A stretch of DNA of 35,650 bases from Euprymna scolopes (Eukaryota), in the NCBI GenBank assembly GCA_053919585.1, contig CM132805.1; one strand, 5' to 3'. How positions within the stretch are numbered: position 1 is the first letter of the stretch; each line of letters begins with the position of its first letter. Both the position numbers and the translations under genes were made by a program. The notes beneath the pieces are model-generated. The model was not told the DNA's origin and did not search any database. It worked only from the letters and a program-made list of their open reading frames with translations. Shown here in pieces: positions 1 through 12,537 of this stretch.

Positions 1-309
1 TGGAAAAGTTTTTTGCAGCTAATTCTGTATGATAAACTGAATTATCTCCCTTGCTTTAAAGTAAAATCTGCCATTTTAAAAGACAAAATGTCGGACCAGT
101 ATTTTTTTTTAATTTTTTTTTTTTTTTTTTTTTTTTGTAAGATCTAGCACATCTAAATCATTTTTCATGATTTTGGAAATTTACACTAATTTCGACACGT
201 ATATGTAAATAGTGTTTTTACCTGAAATGCATTTGTTTCGAATTCCATTAAAATGTAGATGCATTAAACTGTCAGATTAATAATCAAATTTTTTAAAATC
301 CTGTTAATG

Positions 310-358
<49 letters not shown>

Positions 359-1158
359 CTTTCCTTTCTCATTAATCTGTGATATGAGAATGTTTTTGTA
401 AGCCATTTTGAAACAGGTTTATCGTTGAATAATATTAATGCTGTATTCCTCTTTTTTTTTCTTTTTTTTTTTTCCATATTCTTTCAAATAATTCAGAACT
501 CCATCTTTAATAATAGCTAAAATACGCAAAGAATATAACTTAAATGTATAGTGCTGTAATATATATTCTGCAGTCTCCCAGCAATTTATATTAACTATTC
601 TCCTTAAAATTTCTTATCTCAAAATTCCATACACATCTGACAAAACTCACTTCTGTCAAAAAGAATGCCTTTCTCTGGTCAAGCTTTTTATTTAAACCGT
701 CTGCCTTTTATATGCCCTGAAGTCTCGTTACCTCATGAGTATCTTGTCTGACGTGAACACTGCATGCTGTACAAAATCAGGTTTGTACTAATTTTTAATC
801 TCATCTTTTGAAAGTATTATTTTGTAAGGTTAAATTTGTAAATTTTAGAAAACCTAGTTATGCTGTTTAATTTTTTTTTATTAAATGAAAACTTTTTTTT
901 ATAATTTTTTTTTTTTTTTTTTTCTCCCATAATTTTTATTTCTTTATTTTGTGAAACTTTCGGTGTCATCCATACTAATCATAAAAGAAGGCTGTAATTT
1001 TTTTGTTTGTTTTTCACCCTCGTTTTGTTGATGGTGTTAAGTCCAGGGGTGATGGCCCATAGAAGAGTCCAATTTTGTTGACAAGTAAAATAAAATTTCA
1101 GTTCTTGTCCTCCAGCAAAACCAAAAAATAAAGACAAATCTCTCTCATGTACATACCT

Positions 1159-1462
1159 CTGACAAAACAAAAATATCATATTCCAAAAATCCTATTTTAT
1201 TTTTAACCAAGAAAATCAAATTTTACAAGTAACTGAAAAACAGCTGTCTTGTTTGCCATTTTGAAAACAATCTAAAAAAAAACAAAAAAAAAAAACAAAA
1301 AAAAAAACAAAGGGAGATAACTCAACAGTAATTAAAACTCACAAGATTTATGTTGTAATGCCTACGAATTCCCATTGATAACTTAAAAATGATTTTCTTC
1401 ATAAGAAATATAAATACTTGATTAATTTATGTAAGCTTTGGAATATATTTTTGTTTTGTCAA
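1159..1462. mobile_element. Fold-back/MITE-like element, family B (central GGGAGATAACT motif)
   Basis: Inverted arms TGACAAAACAAAAATATCATATTCCAAA and TTTGGAATATATTTTTGTTTTGTCA. Internal AAGAAAATCAAATTTTA...GCCAT...AGGGAGATAACT is shared with the 24089-24521 element. Boundaries approximate. Confidence 0.55.
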
Positions 1463-1640
1463 GACTTCAAGATTCACGATGGGTGTATAGTTGTTCCATC
1501 AACGAATAACTTTGTTCCTTTCCTTCACATAGACACTCGGTGTCTTTCTGTTAATATTAACATTCTTACATGAAGCTGATTGTTTAGAAAAAGCACACAG
1601 GGGGTCATGGTGCCCAGGTTGGTAAATTCATTTCAATTTC

Positions 1641-1673
<33 letters not shown>

Positions 1674-1937
1674 CCTCTTCATTGGCTACTTACCTCTCTG
1701 CAAATACAATTATACAATGAATCCTTTAATTTTTAAATAACCAAAAGAATGGGGGTGAGAGAGATGATGTTACAGAGATAAACCAATGGAGTGGGATACC
1801 AAGAAAATGAAGGATTTCCATTTTTATAAAATCTGTTGAAACTTTTATGTTACTATCAAAATGAAATTCTTTAAGTAATGATTTAATACTCCCCACCACC
1901 ACAACACCACAGCAAAAAGTTCCTCCCTCCCTTCTCA

Positions 1938-1972
<35 letters not shown>

Positions 1973-2251
1973 ATTTACTTCTCCAAAATAAAAATGCAAT
2001 TCATTGGATCTGGTCTGAAATACAAAAAATTTTATAAATGCACCCGCAGGGCACTTAAGAAAAAAATGTCTTTTCACTGAAAAAAAAAAAAAAGAATTTT
2101 TTTTTTTTTTTTTTTTTTAAACTCTTTCTCAAGCAATATTCCTAATTCTTTACCCTCTCAAAATCCCAAAACTTCTATCCAACAATACGTCTAGCTGCGT
2201 TTAGCTCCTGAAACCCCTCTTCCCTTTTAGCTTTTAAAATTTATAAAACAG

Positions 2252-2302
<51 letters not shown>

Positions 2303-2766
2303 TTTCTATACAACTTCTTGTCGTTATTGGCCTCTTTCTCCCCCTCCCTACTTGTTCTTATAGCGTTTTATTTTTAAAAAAATCTTTTTTTTTTATTTAT
2401 TTATTTTTTTTTTTAAACGATCGCACCATAACGGTAGTCCCTCCCCCTCCTCCGGCGTATCACTGTTCTATCAAAATTTCTTAGTTTTCCTTTCTCTCAT
2501 CTATGTACACTATTGTTGTAGTGATAACACTTCTTGTATCCTCAACATTGTAGATATTATGTATGATATCTGATGATGTCATTTGATTGACACAATACAA
2601 CATTTTTTTTTTTTTTTTTTCACCTTCAAAGTGTTTTTGTCTTTTTTCTTTTTCTTTTTCTTTTTTTCCTGGGATGACAAAATCTCTTGCAAATCCGTCT
2701 TTTATTTGCAAATATGTTTTGGAACTTTTTTTTTTTTTTTTTTTTTTTTTAGGTGAGGATTGATCA

Positions 2767-3177
2767 TGTATATTATTTGGACTGTCCGGACTATTGCTCT
2801 CATCTTGGTTGTTTTTTCTCACAACGTTGCGGCTGATGTAACCTCCAACCTTCTTCAGGCGCTTCTTGTCAAACTCAGAAATCTGTACGGAAGTTCAAGC
2901 GGAACCTTTTAATTTCATCCATGGGGATAACTTGCGTTTATTCTATGGATTAAGTAAACGATTCTGCTCTTATCTGAAATGTTATTCTTAGAACGTTTTG
3001 GCCGATGTAACGTCCAATTTTCTTCAGGTGGGTCATATCAAACTCTGGAATCTTTTCGAAATTCTGTACTGTTTTCCCGAATTCACTAAGATATACCTGA
3101 AGAATGTCGGAAGTTACATCGGCTGAAACGTTATGAGAATAACATCCAAAATGAGAATTATGGTCCAAATAATACAG
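2767..3177. mobile_element. Palindromic Penelope-like (PLE)-derived element, family A, with three hammerhead-like motifs
   Basis: Termini TATTATTTGGAC and GTCCAAATAATA. Motif CTGAAGA-A-GGTCG..CGGCC-GAAACGTT occurs at ~2820-2861 (-), ~2990-3030 (-) and ~3094-3135 (+). Homologous to 14349-14491 and 16074-16388. Confidence 0.7.
3094..3135 (+). ncRNA. Minimal type I hammerhead ribozyme motif (family A, slightly decayed)
   Basis: CTGAAGA 3097-3103, stem II GTCG/CGGC, GAAAC 3125-3129, palindromic AACGTT helix III, putative GUU cleavage triplet. Confidence 0.6.
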
Positions 3178-3225
3178 AGTAGAATCGATCGCTCAACAGT
3201 TGAATTTTTATGACGAATCGAAATT

Positions 3226-3562
3226 GGCACTTGTACAGTTTAGTCAAGACATTAAAAAATGAAAATATCGAAAAAAAGGTTATATTGTACGTATCCGTTT
3301 TGGACTGAAGATCTCCGAAAAAAAAAAAATTCACTTAATTTGATCGAGTATTTTTTATTTTATTTATTTTTTTTTTTTTACAGCTGAAAAACACATTTTT
3401 ACGAGAGCTCAAGGTAGTCATCTTTCGAATTTTTTGAACACGACATGGGGAGATAACTCAGTTTAAAGCGCCAACACTTCCTCCCCATCTTTAATATTAG
3501 CTTTTCTTCCTAAAAATTGAAACATGATTACCTTTTGCTCTCTATCATAAAGTGGTTTTTGC

Positions 3563-3604
<42 letters not shown>

Positions 3605-3734
3605 TTGATCAAATTAAGTGAATTTTTTTTTTTCTGAGAACTTCATTCCATAATGAATACATACAATATAACCTTTTTTTTTTTTTTCTCGATATTTTCA
3701 TTTTTTAACGTCTTGATTAAACTGTACAAGTACC
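3226..3734. mobile_element. Long fold-back MITE-like element, family B
   Basis: ~200-bp imperfect inverted arms (GGCACTTGTACAGTTTAGTCAAGAC... and ...GTCTTGATTAAACTGTACAAGTACC; TTCACTTAATTTGATC and GATCAAATTAAGTGAA) around a central GGGAGATAACTC. Confidence 0.8.
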
Positions 3735-4720
3735 TCGAAATTCATTAAAACTGCAGTATGGTTCAGTTAAGAAATCGTTTTAAAAAAAAAAAATACCAAA
3801 CGCAATTGAATTTAATTTTCTACCTACTTTTAGTGTGCTGAATTTGTTTTCAATGTTCGTGTGGCTTATACTAAAATAAAAATTTCTGACCATATGTAGC
3901 CTTACTTTAGTTAAATTCATGCAAAATAGTAAAAATGAAAAAAAAACAAAATAAAACCAAATTATTTACATTAACCCAAGTCCGTGTGATAAAACACCTC
4001 CTTCTACACCCCCCCAAATAAAGAAAACTTTATAAAACCAAATTTAATCACCTAGATTTAGCAAACTAAAATCATTAATTCAATCCCCATGTTTTTTTTG
4101 TTTTTTTCCTATTTGTCTTAGCAGCACACAATGATCGAAAGAAAATTCTAAAGTAAAAAAAAAAAAAATTTTTAGTTTCCACACATTAAAAGTATGAGTC
4201 AGAGAATACTACTTTTTTATTGCGATAAAACGAAAATAAGTTTTTTGAAAATGTCAAAAAAAAAAAAAAAAAAAAAAAAAAAATTATTCAATAAAAATAA
4301 ATAATAGTTAAAACAAATTTCCTTTTTTAAAACAAATATGCAAAAACATCAGGAAATTTTCTTGGATGTTTTGCTGGTTTGGCAGGCTGAGAGCAGGCTC
4401 AAAGCATTCCCATGAATAAATCCAAATGAAGTCAATTTATGGTGGTTCCACGTGTGGTGCATCATTAACAGACAAGATCATGGCAGTCTCACCGTGTTTT
4501 GTTTCCACGATGATCAGTTGGAACACAAATCTGTCAAACTTTGGCATATTTTGCTGACTCTGCTACATGTCCAGGGTTGCTATTAAAAAACATTTTTTTC
4601 CCCCAATTTCTTGACTGTCAGCTATACTACAATTTTACCCGAAAATTAAAAAAAATTCAAACCTCTATTTTGACTCTATTCTGTTATTCATGTCGTCGAT
4701 CGATGTTCAATTGGTGAAAT

Positions 4721-4778
4721 AAGCTTTATTACGCAGAACTTCTCTGTATAAAATGCAGAGTTCTGTGTAATAAAGCTC
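4721..4778. repeat. Short inverted repeat/hairpin
   Basis: AGCTTTATTACGCAGAACT ... AGTTCTGTGTAATAAAGCT. Confidence 0.75.
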
Positions 4779-5123
4779 GTTTTATTTAAAATAATATCGC
4801 TGAACTAATCAAGCAAAATATCTTTGTTCAGTTTTAATGATGTGTTTGTGTCTTTATTTCTATTAGCATGTTTACTTGCTTATCAATATTTCCATAAACC
4901 AATTTTCCAAAGCAGATTATGTTAATTAACACATTAACAAAAGGCTTTGGATTTCAACATGAAATAACAAACCAAAAAAAAAAAATGGGTTGATATGCAT
5001 AAGATTTAAACGTTACTCTATGAGTGGCTCGCTTTAGCCATTATTCAAGAGAATCCCTTCAGTTTACTCTTGACTCCTTAAAGCCAGCAGAATATCCAAT
5101 GAAACGGCCTAATGTTCCAAATA

Positions 5124-5353
5124 CAGTAGAACCCCGGGATATGGAGGCCCTAAGATACGTTTTTTTAAATTTTTATTTATTTATTTATTTATTTATTTTT
5201 TTAATACAGATTATGATGTGAAATACAATGTTTTCTGGACCCTGGTTAAGTTATTTGTCCCGTCTTATAGTGTTATTTGATTATATACATGTGTATTATA
5301 TACTGTACTGTATTTTGTTAATAATTTTTAATGCCATATCCCGGGTTCTACTG
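5124..5353. mobile_element. Tc1/mariner (pogo/Tigger-type) MITE
   Basis: TA|CAGTAGAACCCCGGGATATGG ... CCATATCCCGGGTTCTACTG|TA: ~20-bp TIRs starting CAGT with a TA duplication. Confidence 0.85.
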
Positions 5354-6058
5354 TATAGGTTTTTTAAATTTGATCTTGTCAACTGTTGAGTTATGCATTT
5401 ATTAATTCGAATTAGGAAGAGAGCCTTTATTTATTTCCGTTCCACAACTGAAAGACACAAGGTCAGGAAAGTAAGATTTGAAAAACCTAGAGGAAAAGAA
5501 CTCTGGCTGACCAAAAATTTCCTCTGCAGCTCTGTTGGCATTCCCCAGTATGGGCGTCTCAGCGATATTATGGGGGCCCGTCACCTGTTAGGAAGGAAGT
5601 AAAAAAAACAAAAAAAAAAACAAAAAAAAACACGAGAAAAAAATAGAAAAGAAATAAGTTTATCAGCATGACAAAGATATAGGAAGTTATTCACCAAGAT
5701 ACACACACGAGAACTAAAATAGGATTGTTAATCAAGGTGTTGCAGTGATTTGGAACAAAAGGACTGGACAGTAGAGATCGATACATTCAAGAGTTAGTTT
5801 ATGGGCAGTGCTAGGAGTTTCAGAGAATTTTTTTTTTTTTTAGTTCACAATAATTAGGGACAGTTTAAAACTGCGAGTTTGTAACAGTTGAGAACAATAT
5901 CCAGTTGGCGACTCGGAGCTCCTCAAAAAGAGATTGGAGTTGAAGCTGGTCAAGAGTAGGTCGGGTTGAGAAAAAAAAAAATCGCCTGGGACTGACACAA
6001 GCAAACAGCTAGCAACAGACAATGTCTTCGTTTTCTTCTTCTATGCCGTATGACAGTA

Positions 6059-6099
<41 letters not shown>

Positions 6100-6258
6100 C
6101 TTGTCTTGTGTTGTTTTATCGAGCACGATCACAAAGCCAATCATTGGGTTACACCTTAGTTGATTAGCAATAAACTATGTCCTTCTCAAAGCTTGAGAAG
6201 GTAAAGCTTGGGAAGGTGGATTTCCTAGAATTACAAAGCCATACCAGCACAGTCTGCC

Positions 6259-6866
6259 CAAAGGAGTCACCACTTATCAAAGCCCGAAGGCCACTCAAGG
6301 ATAAGGGTTAAAGAGTGTACAATAGTCAATGAGAAAATGTCGTAATCGTTAGAAGTGTAAATTTGGTAAATTGGATTACGAACGGGGAAAGGCTTATCAA
6401 GAACTTGTTTACATTGAACTTGAAGACGACCATATTGTAGTCAGTTGAAAAGCAGGAAAACAGAACAGAGTTCCACAAGTGTGCAGTTCTAAGAAAGAAG
6501 CTTTGTTCACGGAATCCATGTTTAGGTTTAGGCACAAATAAAGAGTGGGAGAAATTATTGATAGTAGTTTCAGCTAGATGAGTGTTTTTCGTGAAAGTCA
6601 GGCAAGGGGGACCATAGATTAGTTTGGACAGGCACTTGCCATGAAAATAACGATAAAGCAGAGACAGGCTCACAACATCTCTTCTGTGGGAAGGAGGTTG
6701 CAGGGAAGAGCAAAGGGCATCTCCCACTAGGTTATGAAGTCTATTTTGAACTCTGTCAAGGGAGGATAGGGTGCTTCTAGCAGCTCCTGCCCAGATGTGG
6801 CAACAATGCTCCATCCCTGGACATTCTTGACTCTTATACAAGTAGAGAATTGCATTAGCAGTGAAT
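6259..6866 (-). mobile_element. CR1/Jockey-group LINE 3' fragment (ORF2 C-terminus plus 3' UTR)
   Basis: ORF 6326-6889 reads AILYLYKSQ..MEHCCHIWAGA..LDRVQNR..HRRDVVSLSLLYRYFHGKC..SFFLRTAHLWNS..FKFNVN, typical of the post-RT region. Closely similar to 29599-30243. Confidence 0.9.
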
Positions 6867-7299
6867 TTAAAAACTATAATCTTGTGCATTTTAAAATTAG
6901 CAAATCACAACTTTTGTTGGATTTTAGATCGGTGACAGATTATTGTGCCCTTTAAAATTTTTTTTTTTTTTTAAATTTTTCTTCTCAGGCAAACTAGTTT
7001 TCCCTTTGGGTCATCAGTAAATTGTTTCATGTAAATAATCAATAATCTTAATTTTTGGTGGATTTTAAACAAATATTAATGGAGTTTAGATATTTGTACA
7101 TCAGACAATTGCTATTCAATCTGGACAATTGGGAGCTGGTTTCCCTCTCCCCAACATCTGTTGGGGAAGAAAACAGTCAAATTTGCGTAAACAACTGCAT
7201 GACTTCTATTTGACCTTCTTAATTAGGTCAAATGGAAGCAGCAGAGTTAACTTTTATTGCACACGCCTGTTTTTATAGTTCAATAAATAAATTCAAACC

Positions 7300-7524
7300 T
7301 GTGTATATTGTATGTATGTCGCGGTGGCCTAATGGGTAATGTCGCCCGTTTTTTTTTTTTTGTTTTTTTTTTCACACAATTATTTCCAACTCAAGGGTAC
7401 AGGTTCGATTCTCATACTCACCTACCAAAACATTTTTTTTATTATTATTTACCCCCCCCCCCTCGGGGTTTTGATTTACCTCAAGACACCCGGGCATCGC
7501 CGGGTACCCCCCCCCCCCCGCTAG
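7300..7524 (+). mobile_element. Non-autonomous Helitron 3' part containing tRNA-like A/B boxes
   Basis: Ends with hairpin CCCGGGCATCGCCGGG then CTAG|T at 7521-7525. Internal GTGGCCTAATGG (A-box-like) and GGTTCGATTC (B-box-like). Left boundary uncertain. Confidence 0.65.
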
Positions 7525-8260
7525 TATATATATAAAGAGCAGTTGTCCATGTGTGTGTGTGTATGTATGTATGTATGTCCAGCTAAAAGCAAAAAACCTA
7601 CATTGGTATATTCTTGATCAATGTTGCCCAGGATGAACAGTACTTAAAATTTAGAAAAAAAGTTACTCATACTTTTCGGATCAATTGGATCAGGTTTCAT
7701 CAGAGGGATCTTTTGCGGCCATTTTCTGTACTAATTTGGAAAGAAAATGCTGACTCGTTATTCGAGAAATCTATTATAGGAAGGAGAGTCGTCTGTATGT
7801 ATGTACGTATGTCTTTGATGACGCGGATATGTTGTTGGATAACGCTGACAGATGGGGGATGTTAATGACGTGGGTACATTTTCAGACAACATCATGACGA
7901 ACAGTTGACTTCACTGGCACATTCTCTGACAACAGCGTGTCGAATGGCTGATGTCAATGACATGGTGTACGTTCTCAAGCAACATAGTGATGAACGGCGG
8001 ACCTCAACAACACAGTAGGTTCTTGGACAACACCGTGACGAACAAAGGCCTTAATGATACAGAGTACTTTTTGGACAACACCATGACTAATGGTGGACTT
8101 CAACAACACGGGCGGGGTGAGGGTATATTCTTGGACAACACCATGATGCTATTAACAGTTCAACTGTCAAATACTTGCTGCCTGAATTCTACTGAGCCAA
8201 AATCTCAAAGCATGTTGGTGGAATCTGATCCATGTGCACAAACGAGTTCCGGCATTCATT
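7525..8260 (+). mobile_element. Two stacked Helitron-like 5' ends (7525 and ~7770) plus internal minisatellite
   Basis: TATATATATAAAGAGCAG..(TGTA)n and A|TCTATTATAGGAAGGAGAG..(TGTA)n resemble animal non-autonomous Helitron 5' ends. No clear CTAG 3' end. Confidence 0.5.
7835..8150 (+). repeat. Degenerate ~48-bp minisatellite, ~7 units
   Basis: Recurring TTCTTGGACAACACCRTGACGAA core, spaced ~43-60 bp. It accounts for the FLDNT repeats in ORF 7951-8274. Confidence 0.8.
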
Positions 8261-8310
8261 TTCTTTTAAGATGAGGTTTTGCGGACCAGATAAACGCAAA
8301 CATATGCCAA

Positions 8311-8713
8311 TCTATAATATAAAGCTCACCTGTCTGTTTAAATGTATGTAGGTTTGTATGTCTGCCTAAAACTTCCGATAGCAGCGATGGATTTTCACGA
8401 GATCAGTATCATTTGGAAGCTCGACGTCCCAGACGAAAAATTTCGAAAAATTGGCCAAAAACATTAATTCCTTCACCCTCGACTAGGCAGTTTTCTACAA
8501 GGAGGGGTGGACTTTTTGCGAGCCATTTTTACAAGCCATTGTATCGGTTGGATTAACTTTACCTAATTTTAAAGTTCTGAACTTCCGGTCGCATCATGGA
8601 GTAGTGGTAAGGCGTCAGATTTTCTTTTCCGTTTTTGCAGCATGGGTACTACCATTTTTTTTTTCTCAACACACACCTACAAATATCTGGACAACGCTGG
8701 GCACCCAGGCTAG
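8311..8713 (+). mobile_element. Complete non-autonomous Helitron (~400 bp)
   Basis: A|TCTATAATATAAAG start, decayed subterminal hairpin TCTGGACAACGCTGGG, and CTAG|T end at 8710-8714. Confidence 0.8.
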
Positions 8714-8886
8714 TCTATAATATAAATCTCACCAGTTTGTTTAAATGTATGTTTGTCTGTCTGTCTAAAACTTTCGACAATAGCAACAGATTTTAACGAG
8801 ATTGGTATCGTTTTGAAGTTCGACCCTTCGGACGACAAATATTGAAAAATTGGCTAAAAACATTAATTCCTTCATCCTAAACTGGG
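8714..8886 (+). mobile_element. Second, 3'-truncated copy of the same Helitron, head-to-tail
   Basis: TCTATAATATAAATCTCACC...AAAATTGGCTAAAAACATTAATTCCTTCA aligns with 8311-8487. Confidence 0.8.
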
Positions 8887-10517
8887 CACACACGGACACA
8901 ATGCATAACACTGTCAGTTTGAGACACGATTATCGCCCCTTGTTTCCAGTAATTGCATGTTTCAGCCCATAGGTGGCGATATAAACTTCCTTTTTCTTCT
9001 TACATCTCTCTTTTTCTTTTCCTCTGGGGCATGCAACAGGACGGATGTGCTCCATGTACTCCAACTCTGGTTTACACACGCAAACCGACTTGGTGATGAA
9101 CCAAATTGCTGGCATACTGATACAACCTTATACAGAACTAAACTTTGCAAAATCATGAACAAACGGGCTCTACAATCCCGGAATTAACTTTGCAACCACA
9201 TTAAACAAAATATGTTAATCTCGATCCACACATGATTGCAGAGATTAACAAATGCATACGCATGCTGGTATCGTCTCGGAATCATGAAGCAAGAAAATTT
9301 CCAAAGGTAAGTGACCCGAGAAAAAAGAAAAACAATATCAATGTTTGGTGCATTTAAGTCAGGAAGCCAATATCTTCAGACAGCCTGATCTAGCAGTACT
9401 AAAGCAAGTATTTTGAAAATTAAAGAAAAATTCGTTCGTTCACCTTTATTTCTGAAAATGGTCACTTAAAAATGATATGTAAGAATCAGTTCTATCCATT
9501 GCACCGCAGGCCCCTACGGAAGACAGTTGCAACTAACTCGGTCATCAAAATGCATGCCACAAATTCCCTCAAGTGAGAAATTATCCACTCTTTGTTTTTG
9601 TATATTCAACATCTATTGATACTGGGAAAGAATTTTATGAGCAAATTTTTCCAATTGAACACATATTCCCAGAGTGAATTTTTTTTTTTTTTTTATTTTT
9701 TTTAACAAAAAATTTCAAAATGGCTGCCAACTCTTGATTTCAAATTAAGCTTTAAAAATTTAATGAATAAATAAAACTTCATTTCAGGGCGTTTTGGGGA
9801 TAAATTCTTAAATCTAGACCAAAATTTGTACTCTGGAAGTAAAATTCAATTGTCATGAATGCTTAAAATTGCAGAAAAAAGAAAAAAAAACCTAAATGAC
9901 CCCAGTCCATACAGATACTTACCTGATGCAGTTCGAGTAGATTTTGTTCATACCAATAGAGATTAATTAATTAGGTGGTGACCTTGCATATGCCTCCATG
10001 GAATTCTATCCTCCCAGGTTTTACCTTTGCTCTTTGGTGGCACTATTGAGGAATGCTTACAGAGCTGCTCAAGCATTTTTGACAGCATATCTCTCTTGTG
10101 TGCTAACTTTTTAATTCCTGTCTTGTGTAACATCTTTCCTGGTGAAATGCAAATACTTTAAGATTTTTTTTTTTTTTTTTTTTTTACAGAATCGAAAGCC
10201 AAAGTTTTAAGTTATAAAGATATTTTGTAAAAAAAAAAAATAAAATGCCACAAAAGAGGATTAAGAACGTAACGTATTCAGAGTGATAAGACTAAGAAGG
10301 ATAAATTTTTGAATTTTTAGGCCTCAAATCAAAGTTCTAAAAAAATCTACCAGTTTCTCTGAAGTATTTAACTACCTGGATACTTTTAACAATATTTAAC
10401 AAAATAGAAAAGTTCAATAAATGTATAGGCAACAGGTAAATGTTACTAAAGGAAAGCTACTCTTCTATCTACCTATTATGAGGCTTAATTTATTTCCCCT
10501 ATATATATATATATATA

Positions 10518-10547
10518 CTAGCAAAGATACCTGCGTTTTGCACAGGA
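10518..10547 (-). mobile_element. Helitron 3' terminus remnant
   Basis: Minus strand reads CCTGTGCAAAACGCAGG-TATCTTTG-CTAG|T (hairpin then CTAG) next to (TA)n. Confidence 0.55.
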
Positions 10548-10599
10548 CTTTACTGTACACTCGCAAAAATGGATACCCTTACAGTAAGTGGATGTTATA

Positions 10600-12537
10600 A
10601 GAGCAACTATTGCCTAGAACGCCATCCTCCAACGTAGACACCTACTACCAGGTCTCCTTCTCCAACATCAGGGGTCTACGTTCCAACCTTCCAGAGGTTG
10701 AAACACAATTACAGGAGACAAAACCGGACATATTCTTTCTAAGTGAAACTGGCATAGGGCCAACCACTTCCCTAGACGAATTCATAATTAAAGGATACTC
10801 TAACTTAACATCTAAATCTGACCCCCAAGATCGCCATGGGCATGGAATATGTGCCTACATCAAAGATGGCTTTCCATGTGGTAGGGATATCTCCAGAGAA
10901 GACCCTAATTTACCTTATATGTGTTTCCGAGTTGCACTAGCTTACTGCATTTATATTTGCCCTCTATCGCCCCCACAACAGTGGGGTTACTACCTTTAAG
11001 AGCATATCTGAGAAAATTGACCACATCCTGTCTGTTCATCCTTCGGCTAACATTCACATTTGTGGTGACTTCAATGTCCATAATGTGGAATGGCTGACCC
11101 ACTGAAATAAAAGCGATGATGAAGGGAGGTTCTGTCATGATTTTGCCACTGCCTATGACTTCACTCAGATTGTCCACGAACCCACCCGTGTGCCCGATAC
11201 CGGTTAGTATGCAAGCCTTCTGGACCTTTTCCTCACAACTTTCCCTGAGCTTTGTTCATGCTCCGTTCTATCTCCTCTGGGATCCTCCGACCATTCTGTT
11301 GTAGCAGTTAAGATAAAAATGAAATACAATAAGTCTTCAGACGTACCTCTCCACCGTACTGTATATCGATACTCTATGGCTGACTAGGATAGCTTCCGTA
11401 CATTCATATCTGACCTACCTCTGCATTCTAGGTTTTAAAAAAAATGTGTCCTCTATAGTATCAGACCTGACCGAATGGTTAATTGTAGGCATAGACCGAT
11501 TCATACCATCTAAAAAATTCCAACAAAAACCTAACAGCCAGTCATGGTTCTCCCCTGAATGTGCTGCTGCCATCGCGCACAGAAATCGCTTTCTCCATAG
11601 CTACCAACGTAATAGATGTACTGAGACTAAAGCTGCTTTCAGGACTGCCAGCAACCACTGTAAAAGAGTAATAAAACCATGCAAGAGAGCTATATGCTCA
11701 GTTTGTTAAATGTAAAGTAGCTGAGCAGTGGCTTGGTTCCCACCAGTTTTGGCAGATGGCAAACAGGATCCTGAACAGAAGCGTGCGTTCTATTCCAACT
11801 ATCATCAATGGACCTGAGGTCATCTCGTCAGCATCAGACAAGGCCAGACTATTTGCCAAGAACTTTGTAGCTAATTCTACCCTATGCGACAAAGGCCATC
11901 AAATACGTCATATGTATTTCCTCCTATAACAGACAACACGCTATGCAACATACAAATATCTGTGCGTGAGGTCGCCAAGCTAATCAAGAACCTTGATTCC
12001 AGTAAAGCAACTGGCCCTAACGGCATTCCAGTTATAGTGCTGAAAAAGCTCCAACCACAACTTGCCCCCCATGCTTACAAAACTGTTTAAGCGTTGCCTT
12101 AAGGAGAAGTGCTTTCCAACACCCTGGAAAACCTCATCAGTATGCCCTGTATTTAAAAATTCAGGTGAAAAGTCATCTCCCTCTCAGTACAGACCAATAA
12201 GTCTCCTGTGTGTCATGAGTAAGTTGTTGGAATCCATATTAAATAAAGTAGTAGTCAACCACCTCAACAGAAACCTTAGTGACATGCAATATGGTTTCCG
12301 CTCTGCAAGATCTACAGCAGATGTGCTAACGGTTATATCTCATAGGATTAGTGAATCTCTTGACAAACGCTTCCTTTCCAGGGCAATTGCTCTTGACATA
12401 TCGAAGGCCTTGATAAGGTATGGCATAAGGGCCTACTTCACAAGATTTCCAGCTACGGTATCACTGGAAATGTTTTCTCAATCATTAAATTATTTCTCTC
12501 TGATAGGTTCATAAGATTAGTGGTTGATGGGCAGAAA
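10600..12537 (+). pseudogene. Decayed CR1/Jockey-group LINE ORF2 (APE endonuclease plus N-terminal RT)
   Basis: Endonuclease motifs SNIRGLRSN, FFLSET, GICAYIK and (read off-track) GDFNVH, LDLF, LGSSDH. RT motifs KATGPNGIP, WKTSSVCPVFK, YRPISLL..SKLLE, QYGFRSARST, ALDISKA. Multiple frameshifts and stops; truncated before YADD. Confidence 0.95.

Noticed and set aside
945-990. Hammerhead-like remnants on the minus strand here and at ~25850-25890
   Set aside because: CCGAAA is present but the CUGANGA box is corrupted; too decayed to call.
1688-1705. 4-nt microexon (TTTGCAG|AGAG|GTAAGT, minus strand)
   Set aside because: Short motifs like this arise by chance, it would shift frame, and no host gene is evident.
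7951-8274. 107-aa ORF with FLDNT repeats as a repeat protein
   Set aside because: It is explained by the ~48-bp minisatellite, and upstream units are out of frame.
8957-9312. Plus-strand exon ending AAG|GTAAGT near 9306
   Set aside because: No long frame reaches the donor and no recognisable peptide is encoded.
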